DNA of 64,000 nt from assembly GCA_046351135.1 (NCBI GenBank), contig JAXLZA010000002.1, positions 127,427 to 191,426 on the forward strand. The letters are read 5' to 3'. Every line of letters starts with the position of its first letter. Position 1 is the first letter of the stretch. The translations under genes and the position numbers were made by a program. This stretch comes from Myxococcota bacterium (lineage in GTDB: Bacteria > Myxococcota_A > UBA9160 > UBA4427). The notes under the pieces are model-generated. The model did no database searches, had not been told where the DNA came from, and was given only the letters and a program-made list of their open reading frames with translations. Shown here one piece after another: positions 57,101-64,000 of the stretch.

Positions 57101-58707
57101 GGGAATCGCTGGGTGGGGGACGCGTCGACGTGGGAGCCGCGCTCGGGAAGGGATCGGGCCGCTCCATGGCGACCGAATCACGCGAGGCATCGGCCGAAGC
57201 TCCGCTCGATGCGATCGTCGACAACATCGTGAGCGGACGAACGACGGGCGTGCTCGCCCTGAGCCAGTGGGCCCGGGGCGGAAGCGCGATCGGCGACGCG
57301 GCGGGACCGGGCTCGATCGTTCGCGCGGGGAGCGCGCTGAACCGGCTCGATCGGCGCGTCTCCGCGAGCCGACTGGAGGTGAGCCTCGGCGCGACGGGCG
57401 GAACGGGCGTCTGGGCGTTCGAACCGGTGCGGGCGCCGAGTGATGGTGGCAACGCATCGATCGTCGCCCGGCTCGCGAACGAGACCGGCGGCGTCTTCTT
57501 CGAGGGGGCGGCCCGCGGTGGCGATGGCGGGCTCGGCGCTTCGTTCGCGCACGGTGGCGACGCGTCGCTCGACGTCGAGATCGAGACGCGCGGTGACGGA
57601 GCGGACATCCTCTTCGATTCTTCCTTTCCGATTCGTGGAGGGGACTCCGATCTCTACGGGACCTCGGCCGGCGGAACGGCCGGCAATGCCGTGAGCCGGT
57701 CCGTGGCGACCGCACTGGGGGACAGCGCGGTCGAGGTCTTCGATCAGGCGGCTGGGGGGCAGGGCTCGAGGAGCGGGAGCGCCCGCTCCTTCGCGAGTGG
57801 CGCCAACGCCGGGAGCCGGCGCGTGCATGTGAGCTCGATTGCGGAGTCCGGGCAGATCGTCGCGGGCGACGGAGCCATCGATCGGGGAACGGCGCGCTCC
57901 GAAGCGCACGGCTTCAGTCCCGCCGGCGAGGTCGATGTCGAGGCGCGCGCGACCAGCAATCCGAACTGGGCGGGCTCGTATCTCCTCTCCGATCGATGGT
58001 CGGGGGGGCTGGCGGTGGCCGTCGCGACGGCAGACGGAAGCGCGAGTCGCGCCTCGGCCGAGGCGAGCGGGATGACGGGGGCCGTCGGCGAGCCGGCGGT
58101 CGCGGCGCGCGCCGGCGCGCATGGGCAGGGCAGCGGCTCGATCGAGACCCGCGCCACGAGCGGATCTGCGGGGCCGAGCGAGCCGATGGGCCTGGGGACC
58201 GGGGTCTCCGCCTCCGTCGAGGGCATCCACGCGCGGACCGGGGAGTGGGGGCGCGGCGAGATCGACATCCGCGCCGACCGGGCCGGTCCGGACATCGTGC
58301 TCGGCGGCGAGCTCGAGTTCTTCGGGGTCTCGTATCTGAATCCGACCTCGGCCCTCTTCGTCAGCTTCCTCGCGATCGACCTCGACGACGACGACTTCGC
58401 GACCCTCGCGGTCCGCATCGACGATGGAGACGAGGCGCTCCTGGCGCGCTCCTTCGACGATGCGGCCTCGGCGCGGGCGTTCTTCGCGTCGCCGCTCTCG
58501 ATCGCGGCGCTGCTTCAAGGGTTGCCGGAGCCGACCAGCCCGCTCCACGGACTCATGGTCTCCGTCGAAGGAACCGGGGTGTCGGCGAAGACGGATTTCC
58601 ACCTCGCGCTCGCCGTCGGACGGAACGTCGTGCCCGAGCCGGGCGTGGCGACGCTGATCGCGGTGGGGCTCGTGTTGCTGGGATTCAGGCGCGCGGGCGA
58701 GGCTTGA
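54126..58707 (+). CDS. glycine-rich repeat protein of about 1,500 aa with signal peptide and PEP-CTERM sorting tail, interrupted by an apparent +1 frameshift near 56530-56570
   Basis: ATG 54126 gives 'MHERSRGFRGTHFGLRRAGVCLALVLATSAAEG'. Reiterated GGxGG / GGxGGD(A) motifs run through 56556 in frame 0 and continue in frame +1 from 56557 ('...QARAQGGSGG...'). Ends 'VVPEPGVATLIAVGLVLLGFRRAGEA' (58630-58704). Frame 0 beyond about 56560 is Arg-rich junk. Confidence 0.7.
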
Positions 58708-58716
58708 AACTCGAGC

Positions 58717-61431
58717 TCAGCGCGGTCCCCCGATCGGATGTCTTCTCGATCCGACGAATGCCAGAGCGACCGCCCCCGCGACGAGCCCCGCGCCGAACGC
58801 GGGCTCCGGGGCGCAGATGTTTCCGACGTAGTCGCCGTTCGCGTCCTCCTGGGAGAGGCTGCAGGCTCCGCCGCTGCCGCAGTCGGGATTCGAATGGCAG
58901 GGGCGTCCGATCGTCGCGCCGGTCAGGCAGGCGCCGAGCAGCGGGCCGTTCGCGTAGTAGGGGCAGTTGTCGCAGAGGTCCCGGATGCCGTCGCGATCGG
59001 TGTCGGGGGGCTGGTTGGCCTGGTTGCTCGGGTCGAGGTTGTGGAAGAACAGGGCCTGACCGGTGCCGACGATGCCGAGGGCGGAGCTGACGCGCCAGGT
59101 GCAGCAGTCGACGCCGGTGAAGCCGGGGGTGCCCTGGAAGCGATAGGTGTAGGGGAGCAGGTTCGGATTGACGGGGTTCGGGTTCGTGACCTCGCAGATC
59201 CCCGCGATGGGCGTCTGGTAGAGGCCGTCCTGATCGAGGTCGTAGATCCAGCGGAAGTTCTGGGCGGCGTCGATGAAGGAGACGGTGCCGGCGTTGATCG
59301 CTCCGGACTCGTAGACCTCGGTCGGGTAGTAGTCGACGACGAGCGTCGGGGGCGGGCTCGCGGACGGATTCTCGCGGCTCGCGATCTGGATGCCCTGGGT
59401 CGCCGGCGAGAAGAGCGTGAAGGGGGATCCCTCGAGCAGGAAGCCGTCGGCCCCGGTGCCGGTCGCGACCATCGTCTGCACCGCGCTCGCGAGGGCGGGC
59501 GGTGAGAACGAGACCGGGCCCGGCGTCGCGAGGAGGGTGTCGACGATCGCTGGTCCGCTGCGATCGCCGCCGGGTGTCGCCCAGGCGCCGAGATTGCGAT
59601 CGCGGTACAGCCAGTCCACGCCCGATGCGCTGCCCGGCACCCCGTCGAACTCGGAGCCGGCCGCGTCGAGGAAGCCCTCCTGCCAGGTCGTCTCGACGCT
59701 CGCTGCGACGGGGTAGATCGCCAGGCGCTGGGACGAGCCGAAGGGCGCGATGCCCGTGACGCCGAGGGAGAGCGTCGCGCCCTCGACGACGGCCGTCGGC
59801 GGGATCTGCGACGCGAGGTCGAAGGCGATCAGTGCGTTGCGGGCGTACGACGTGAAGACGGAGGTCGTCTTGCGGCCGGCCCAGAGGAACTGTCCGCGGC
59901 CGTCGTTGCCGTCGGGCTGATCGCCGTAGACCACCGAGTCCTTCGACGCCCCGAGCGACACCGTCCGCGACACGAACGGCGGCGCGACGCTCTGGATCAG
60001 CGTTCCGGTCGGCGGCCGCGTCTCGCCGCGGATCACGACGGAGAGCGTCACCGGCGGCCCCGCTGCGCCGAAGTCGAGCACCCGCACGCGGACGTCGGCC
60101 TCCGCATTGGCCCAGTTCGTCGGGCCCGACGCGCAGCGGTAGAGGTCGAGCGAGAGTCGCGCCATGCCCGGGCCCGGCGGCGAGAAGAGCGAGCTCGCGC
60201 AGAGGAAGGCGAAGCCGTTCGAGGGAACCCAGTTCGTCGCTTCGATCTGCAGCTGCACGTCCGGGCGATTCGAGGGCGGGCGGACCTCGACGACGAGCCC
60301 CGGTCGCGTCGGGAGCGTTCCGAGGTCGATCGTGAACGTGCGGGCCGTCGCATCGGCGAGGACGACGTTCGCGTCCTCGAAGGGCAGCGACAGCTTCGTG
60401 AGCCCGTTCGGCGCGGGCACGAACGAAGCCCCGTCCAGCGACGTGAAGCACTGTGCCTCCGCGAAGGTCGTGGCGGACTGGACGACGACCGTGCCCGACG
60501 TCGAGATCGAGAGGCGACCCGCGTGGGCGTTGCAGAGATCGATGGCGAGGTCGACCTGGGCTTGCGGTCGAAGCTCGGGGGGGAGCGTGAAGGCCGTCGA
60601 GAGGGTTCCGCTGCCCATCGCGCCCTTGAAGCGGACGACACCGCCGTCGAGCCGGGCGGCGACGGCGCTCGTCGCGTAGGGCGCCGGGGTCCAGCCGTTC
60701 GCGAGGGCGAGGGTCGTGAAGCCGCTCGAGCTCGGTGCGAACCACGCCCCGTCGAGGGACGTGAAGCACTGGGCCTCGCCGAAGCTCGTCTCGGACTGGA
60801 TCGAGACGACTCCGCCGGACGAGACGACGAGTCGGCCCTTGTTGGCGCTGCAGAGGCCGATCGGGACGTAGACGTCCGTCGGCGGCCGCAGGGCGGGGGG
60901 CAGGGTGAAGGCCACGCCCGTCGTGCCCTGCGCGATCGCTCCCTTGAATCGGACGACGCCCCCGACGAGCGCCGCTGCGGCGCTGCTCGTCGCGAAGGGC
61001 GCGTGGGTCCAGCCGTTCGCCAGCGCGAGGGTCGCATAGCCGCTCGCCGACGGGACGAAGCTCGCCCCGTCGAGGGACGTCCCGCACTGCGCGTCGGCGA
61101 AGGCCCCGGGCCGCGCCTGCACGACGACGTCGCCGCTCGGCTGGATCAGCAGTCGTCCCTGGGTCGCGTTGCAGAGCGAGACCGCCACGTAGACGTTCGT
61201 CTCGGGGCGCATCTCGATCGGGAGCGTGAAGGCGAGACCGCTCGTTCCGCCGCTGATCGCGCCGCGAAAGGCGACCACGCCGCCGTCGAGAAAGGCGCGG
61301 GCCGCGAAGGCGCCGGTCGGTGCGAGGCTCCAGCCGTTCTGCAGGGCGAGGTCGACGGCGGAGGCGCGGCCGGCGAGGAGCAACGCGAGGACGAGCCCGA
61401 GGGCGGCTGTGAAGCGCATGATCCCGGCCAT
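58717..61431 (-). CDS. secreted 904-aa protein: three tandem Cys-containing repeats of about 106 aa, central beta-sandwich-like region, thrombospondin type 3 Ca-binding motif, Cys-rich knot, PEP-CTERM-like tail
   Basis: GAGGGAG lies 6 nt upstream of ATG 61431. Signal 'FTAALGLVLALLLAGRASA'. Repeats of the form 'LALANGWT.AP...GGVVRFKGA...AFTLPP.LRP...LC.A..GRL...EAQCFTSLDGA.F.P'. 'DTDRDGIRDLCDNCP' is encoded at 58961-59005. Tail 'CAPEPAFGAGLVAGAVALAFVGSRRH'. Confidence 0.8.
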   Translation of the reverse strand: MAGIMRFTAALGLVLALLLAGRASAVDLALQNGWSLAPTGAFAARAFLDGGVVAFRGAISGGTSGLAFTLPIEMRPETNVYVAVSLCNATQGRLLIQPSGDVVVQARPGAFADAQCGTSLDGASFVPSASGYATLALANGWTHAPFATSSAAAALVGGVVRFKGAIAQGTTGVAFTLPPALRPPTDVYVPIGLCSANKGRLVVSSGGVVSIQSETSFGEAQCFTSLDGAWFAPSSSGFTTLALANGWTPAPYATSAVAARLDGGVVRFKGAMGSGTLSTAFTLPPELRPQAQVDLAIDLCNAHAGRLSISTSGTVVVQSATTFAEAQCFTSLDGASFVPAPNGLTKLSLPFEDANVVLADATARTFTIDLGTLPTRPGLVVEVRPPSNRPDVQLQIEATNWVPSNGFAFLCASSLFSPPGPGMARLSLDLYRCASGPTNWANAEADVRVRVLDFGAAGPPVTLSVVIRGETRPPTGTLIQSVAPPFVSRTVSLGASKDSVVYGDQPDGNDGRGQFLWAGRKTTSVFTSYARNALIAFDLASQIPPTAVVEGATLSLGVTGIAPFGSSQRLAIYPVAASVETTWQEGFLDAAGSEFDGVPGSASGVDWLYRDRNLGAWATPGGDRSGPAIVDTLLATPGPVSFSPPALASAVQTMVATGTGADGFLLEGSPFTLFSPATQGIQIASRENPSASPPPTLVVDYYPTEVYESGAINAGTVSFIDAAQNFRWIYDLDQDGLYQTPIAGICEVTNPNPVNPNLLPYTYRFQGTPGFTGVDCCTWRVSSALGIVGTGQALFFHNLDPSNQANQPPDTDRDGIRDLCDNCPYYANGPLLGACLTGATIGRPCHSNPDCGSGGACSLSQEDANGDYVGNICAPEPAFGAGLVAGAVALAFVGSRRHPIGGPR
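60394..61350 (-). repeat. three tandem coding repeats of about 106-107 aa
   Basis: Residues ~28-346 of the 904-aa protein. The units begin 'LALQNGWSLAP', 'LALANGWTHAP' and 'LALANGWTPAP', each with two conserved Cys. Confidence 0.8.
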
Positions 61432-61795
61432 TTTCGTCTCCCTCGTGCGGTCGGATGATCGCTGCAGCGGTCGAGTTTGGACAGGCATCCTCCGTCGATG
61501 ATCCGGATCCGGCTCGGCCCGATCGGGCGTTCGGGGGCCGCTCACGAGAACGAGCCCGGCAAGGAGGCGACAGTAGGCCCGCGGGGCGAATCCAGTCGAT
61601 CGAGTGGATCTGTGTCGCCATGTCCCGGAGGTCGCGCCATCGCGCCGGCCGCGGATGCCGCGCGATGTGCATGGATCGGTCCGATTCGTGGATCCGGGGT
61701 CGGAGTTTCAGCTCGTTGGATCGCGCCGCGGGTAGAATGCGACGAATCCCCGTCCCCTCGAGCCTCCACTCGACGTCGACTGCGCGCCCGAGGTC

Positions 61796-62224
61796 GTGAC
61801 GTGCAGTGTGAGGGGGCCGCTTGATCCATCCGTCGGGACGGTCTTCGCGGGACCGTCGAACGTCGTGACCGCCAACGCCCTCCTGACGCTTCACGGAAGC
61901 GCGATCACGTCGTTCGAGGACCTCATCAATGGTCTCGCCGCCGATCCGGTGGATGGGGATCTCCGGATTCGCATCGCCGATCAGGTCGAGCTCCTGTTTC
62001 GGGGCGTGGGTGCCGCGGACGGAGCCCTGACCCGACTCGATCCGAACTTCAGCGTTCCGGGCGACGTGACGCTGGACATCGATGTCCGCTTCCCCGTACA
62101 GATGCAGGGCATGCAGCTCGACGTATCGGTGGCCTCGCCCTTGCCCGAGCCGGGGCTCACCCTGCTGCTCGGCTCCGGTGTCGGCGCCCTGGTCGCCCTG
62201 CCACGTCGGCGCATGCGGTCCTGA
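61796..62224 (+). CDS. small PEP-CTERM-tailed protein, possibly truncated at the N-terminus
   Basis: 142-aa ORF (GTG start) ending 'PLPEPGLTLLLGSGVGALVALPRRRMRS' (PEP motif, TM helix, basic cluster). No recognisable signal peptide at the annotated N-terminus. Confidence 0.45.
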   Translation: MTCSVRGPLDPSVGTVFAGPSNVVTANALLTLHGSAITSFEDLINGLAADPVDGDLRIRIADQVELLFRGVGAADGALTRLDPNFSVPGDVTLDIDVRFPVQMQGMQLDVSVASPLPEPGLTLLLGSGVGALVALPRRRMRS

Positions 62225-62447
62225 TTCGGAAGCGCGCCTCCGGCGCGATCCGGCCCATCGATCCTCGTCATCGCGGTCCGCGAATCGGACGCCGGGCCCG
62301 GCGCGGGACGGGCTCCTGTGCGAGCCTGCCCCGCGCTCGAGTCCACCGGGGCCGGCCACCGGCGGACGAGGCCGCGCCGACCCGCACCCTTGGACGAATG
62401 CACGCAGGGAAGCCGAAACGAGAGAAGAGCAGGAGGTGCCCGCCGCC

Positions 62448-62909
62448 ATGTCCGAGCCGAGATCCGGATCCCCCGAAGCCCTCGAAGCGAAGAAGGCGAC
62501 CGTCCTCAGGATGTGGAAGGCGCTCGCCGACTTCGACTTCCCGACCCTCGAGAGCTGCCTCCATCCCGAGGTCCACTACGAGGACGTCCCGACCGACGAC
62601 CCCGGCGCCCGCGGCCCGAAGAACGTCACGAAGCGCCTCTCGATCGCCTGGAACCACCTCGCGAAGCAGGAGCAGATCACCCACCACATCGCCGCCGAAG
62701 GCGACTTCGTCTTCCTCGACCACACCGAGATCTGGACCTTCAAGTCCGGCGAGAAGGCGCAGCACCGCTTCTGCACCTTCCACGCGCTGCGCGACGGGAA
62801 GGTCGTGCAGTGGAGCGACTTCTGGGACGTCGGCCGCTTCGTCGGCCAGTTCCCGAAGTGGTTCCTCGAAGAGATGGCGAAGAGCCGGGCCGAGGACTTC
62901 GCGGGCTGA
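62448..62909 (+). CDS. SnoaL-like / limonene-1,2-epoxide hydrolase-like NTF2-fold protein
   Basis: ATG 62448 lies downstream of AGGAGG (62431-62436). 153 aa: 'KKATVLRMWKALADFDFPTLESCLHPEVHYEDVP...FCTFHALRDGKVVQWSDFWD'. Confidence 0.8.
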   Translation: MSEPRSGSPEALEAKKATVLRMWKALADFDFPTLESCLHPEVHYEDVPTDDPGARGPKNVTKRLSIAWNHLAKQEQITHHIAAEGDFVFLDHTEIWTFKSGEKAQHRFCTFHALRDGKVVQWSDFWDVGRFVGQFPKWFLEEMAKSRAEDFAG

Positions 62910-62984
62910 GGGCCGGGCCCGTCGGCGCAGGGCTCGGGGGGAGGGCCCGGGGCCGAGTTGCGCACGGCCTGCCGGAGAGGCTCC

Positions 62985-63008
62985 GTCCCGGGGCGTCGTC
63001 CCGGGGCG
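62985..63008. promoter_or_regulatory. 11-bp direct repeat GTCCCGGGGCG x2 (2-nt spacer) upstream of moxR-like gene
   Basis: Read directly at 62985-62995 and 62998-63008. Lies about 30 nt upstream of the candidate -35 box. Confidence 0.3.
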
Positions 63009-63039
63009 AACCATGCGACCGCGGAGGGTGTCGGGGCGC

Positions 63040-63067
63040 TTGATCCGGCCCCTTCGGGCGCCATAAT
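63040..63067 (+). promoter_or_regulatory. candidate sigma70-type promoter for the MoxR-like gene
   Basis: TTGATC (63040-63045), a 16-nt spacer, then CATAAT (63062-63067). AT-rich hexamers at correct spacing are conspicuous in this GC-rich DNA. ATG at 63136 with AAGGAGG at 63123-63129. Confidence 0.35.
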
Positions 63068-63135
63068 CCGGCGCCGCGCGGCGCGCGCCGGAGCCCCGGC
63101 GCGGCCGGGCCCCGTTCGATCCAAGGAGGTCGCCC

Positions 63136-64000
63136 ATGAGCGAGAGCATCGAGGCGCAGATCGCGGAGCACACGCGGGTCTGCAACGCATTGATCGCCGA
63201 GGTCGGCAAGGTCGTCGTCGGCCAGGAGCCGATGATCACGCGGCTCCTGATCGGCCTGCTGACCGGGGGCCACGTCCTGCTCGAGGGCGTCCCGGGCCTC
63301 GCCAAGACCCTCACGATCCGCAGCCTCGCGAAGGCGATCGACACGGGCTTCTCCCGCATCCAGTTCACCCCGGACATGCTCCCCGCCGACGTGATCGGGA
63401 CCGAGATCTTCAATCCCCGGGAAGGGACCTACAGCATCAAGCGCGGTCCGCTCTTCTCGAACCTGATCCTCGCCGACGAGATCAATCGCGCCCCGGCCAA
63501 GGTCCAGGCGGCGCTGCTCGAGGCGATGCAGGAGCGGCAGGTCACGATCGGCGACACGACCTTTCCCTTCGAGGAGCCCTTCCTCGTGCTCGCGACCCAG
63601 AATCCGATCGACCAGGAGGGGACCTATCCGCTCCCCGAGGCGCAGGTCGATCGCTTCATGCTGAAGGTCGTCGTCGGCTACCCGTCGAAGGAGGACGAGC
63701 GCAAGATCGTCGATCGCATGGCCTCGGGGCAGCCCGAGCCCGTCGTCCACAAGGTCGCGAGCCCGGGCCAGATCCTCGCGGCACGCAAGGCGGTGGAGAA
63801 GATCTTCATCGACGACAAGGTCAAGAACTACGTCGTCGACCTCGTCCACGCGACCCGCGATCCCAAGGCCGCCGGCATCCACGATCTCGAGGGCATGATC
63901 GAGATGGGCGCCTCGCCCCGCGCCTCCCTGTATCTGACCAAGGCCGCCAAGGCGAATGCCTTCCTCCAGGGCCGAAGCTATGCGACGCCCCACGACGTGA
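63136..64000 (+). CDS. MoxR-type AAA+ ATPase (partial, runs off window end)
   Basis: Not in the ORF track because it has no stop; translated by eye. 'MSESIEAQIAEHTRVCNALIAEVGKVVVGQEPMITRLLIGLLTGGHVLLEGVPGLAKT' (Walker A), 'ILADEINRAPAKVQAALLEAMQERQVT' (Walker B/sensor) and 'VLATQNPIDQEGTYPLPEAQVDRF'. Confidence 0.9.
   Translation, partial: MSESIEAQIAEHTRVCNALIAEVGKVVVGQEPMITRLLIGLLTGGHVLLEGVPGLAKTLTIRSLAKAIDTGFSRIQFTPDMLPADVIGTEIFNPREGTYSIKRGPLFSNLILADEINRAPAKVQAALLEAMQERQVTIGDTTFPFEEPFLVLATQNPIDQEGTYPLPEAQVDRFMLKVVVGYPSKEDERKIVDRMASGQPEPVVHKVASPGQILAARKAVEKIFIDDKVKNYVVDLVHATRDPKAAGIHDLEGMIEMGASPRASLYLTKAAKANAFLQGRSYATPHDV

Noticed and set aside
56560-57443. Continuation of the first glycine-rich ORF in frame 0 to 57443
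   Set aside because: Beyond about 56560 the translation becomes Arg-rich nonsense ('RGRERSHGPGPCAGGLGRPRVLRR...'), while frame +1 carries the repeat motifs.
56557-58707. Treating the 716-aa ORF as an independent gene starting at GTG 56557
   Set aside because: It has no signal peptide and no SD. The repeat pattern continues seamlessly from the upstream ORF in another frame, and a PEP-CTERM protein needs an N-terminal export signal. A frameshifted single gene is more parsimonious.
61733-61738. TAGAAT hexamer upstream of the small PEP-CTERM ORF as a -10 box
   Set aside because: The nearest TTG-containing hexamer (TTGGAT) is only 11 nt upstream, which is the wrong spacing. Left as a remark only.

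Overview
Very GC-rich bacterial chromosomal segment (about 70% by eye, not computed; strong G/C third-position bias). It appears to come from an aerobic diderm heterotroph, judging by lipoboxes, a TAT signal, PEP-CTERM tails and RND pumps. A Myxococcota-like lineage is only a guess. I can support about 50 protein genes and found no rRNA, tRNA, CRISPR array, transposase or integrase. Layout: (1) 0-13.5 kb holds mixed housekeeping genes, two periplasmic heme-c-containing beta-propeller dehydrogenases and a histidine kinase/OmpR pair. (2) 13.5-15.9 kb holds tandem acyl-CoA dehydrogenases. (3) 16.3-24.2 kb is a complete Alternative Complex III operon (actABCDEF) followed by a rhomboid protease. 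(4) 25.8-27.6 kb is a single protein made of three tandem SnoaL-like domains. (5) 28.6-41.2 kb is a tightly translationally coupled nine-gene operon: methyltransferase-like membrane protein, type III PKS, ICMT-type methyltransferase, ACP, fatty acyl-AMP ligase, FAD oxidoreductase, MMPL transporter, RND permease and adaptor. This looks like a phenolic-lipid pathway with built-in export and is my top candidate for a new system. (6) 41.2-54 kb is accessory metabolism: an internally deleted alcohol-dehydrogenase remnant, a hydrolase/PhyH/DapA-like trio in which the DapA-like protein lacks the Schiff-base lysine, a secreted Ig-repeat protein with a CXXCH site, a SnoaL-P450-membrane methyltransferase operon, SbtA/SbtB, a second P450 and an MFS transporter. 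(7) 54.1-62.2 kb is a cluster of three PEP-CTERM-tailed proteins, including a roughly 1,500-aa glycine-rich RTX/PGRS-like repeat protein split by an apparent frameshift. (8) From 63.1 kb a MoxR-type AAA+ ATPase runs off the window. Most other long ORFs in the supplied track are Arg/Pro/Gly-rich antisense or alternate-frame artefacts of the high GC content. All family assignments come from motif reading by eye; no searches were run.
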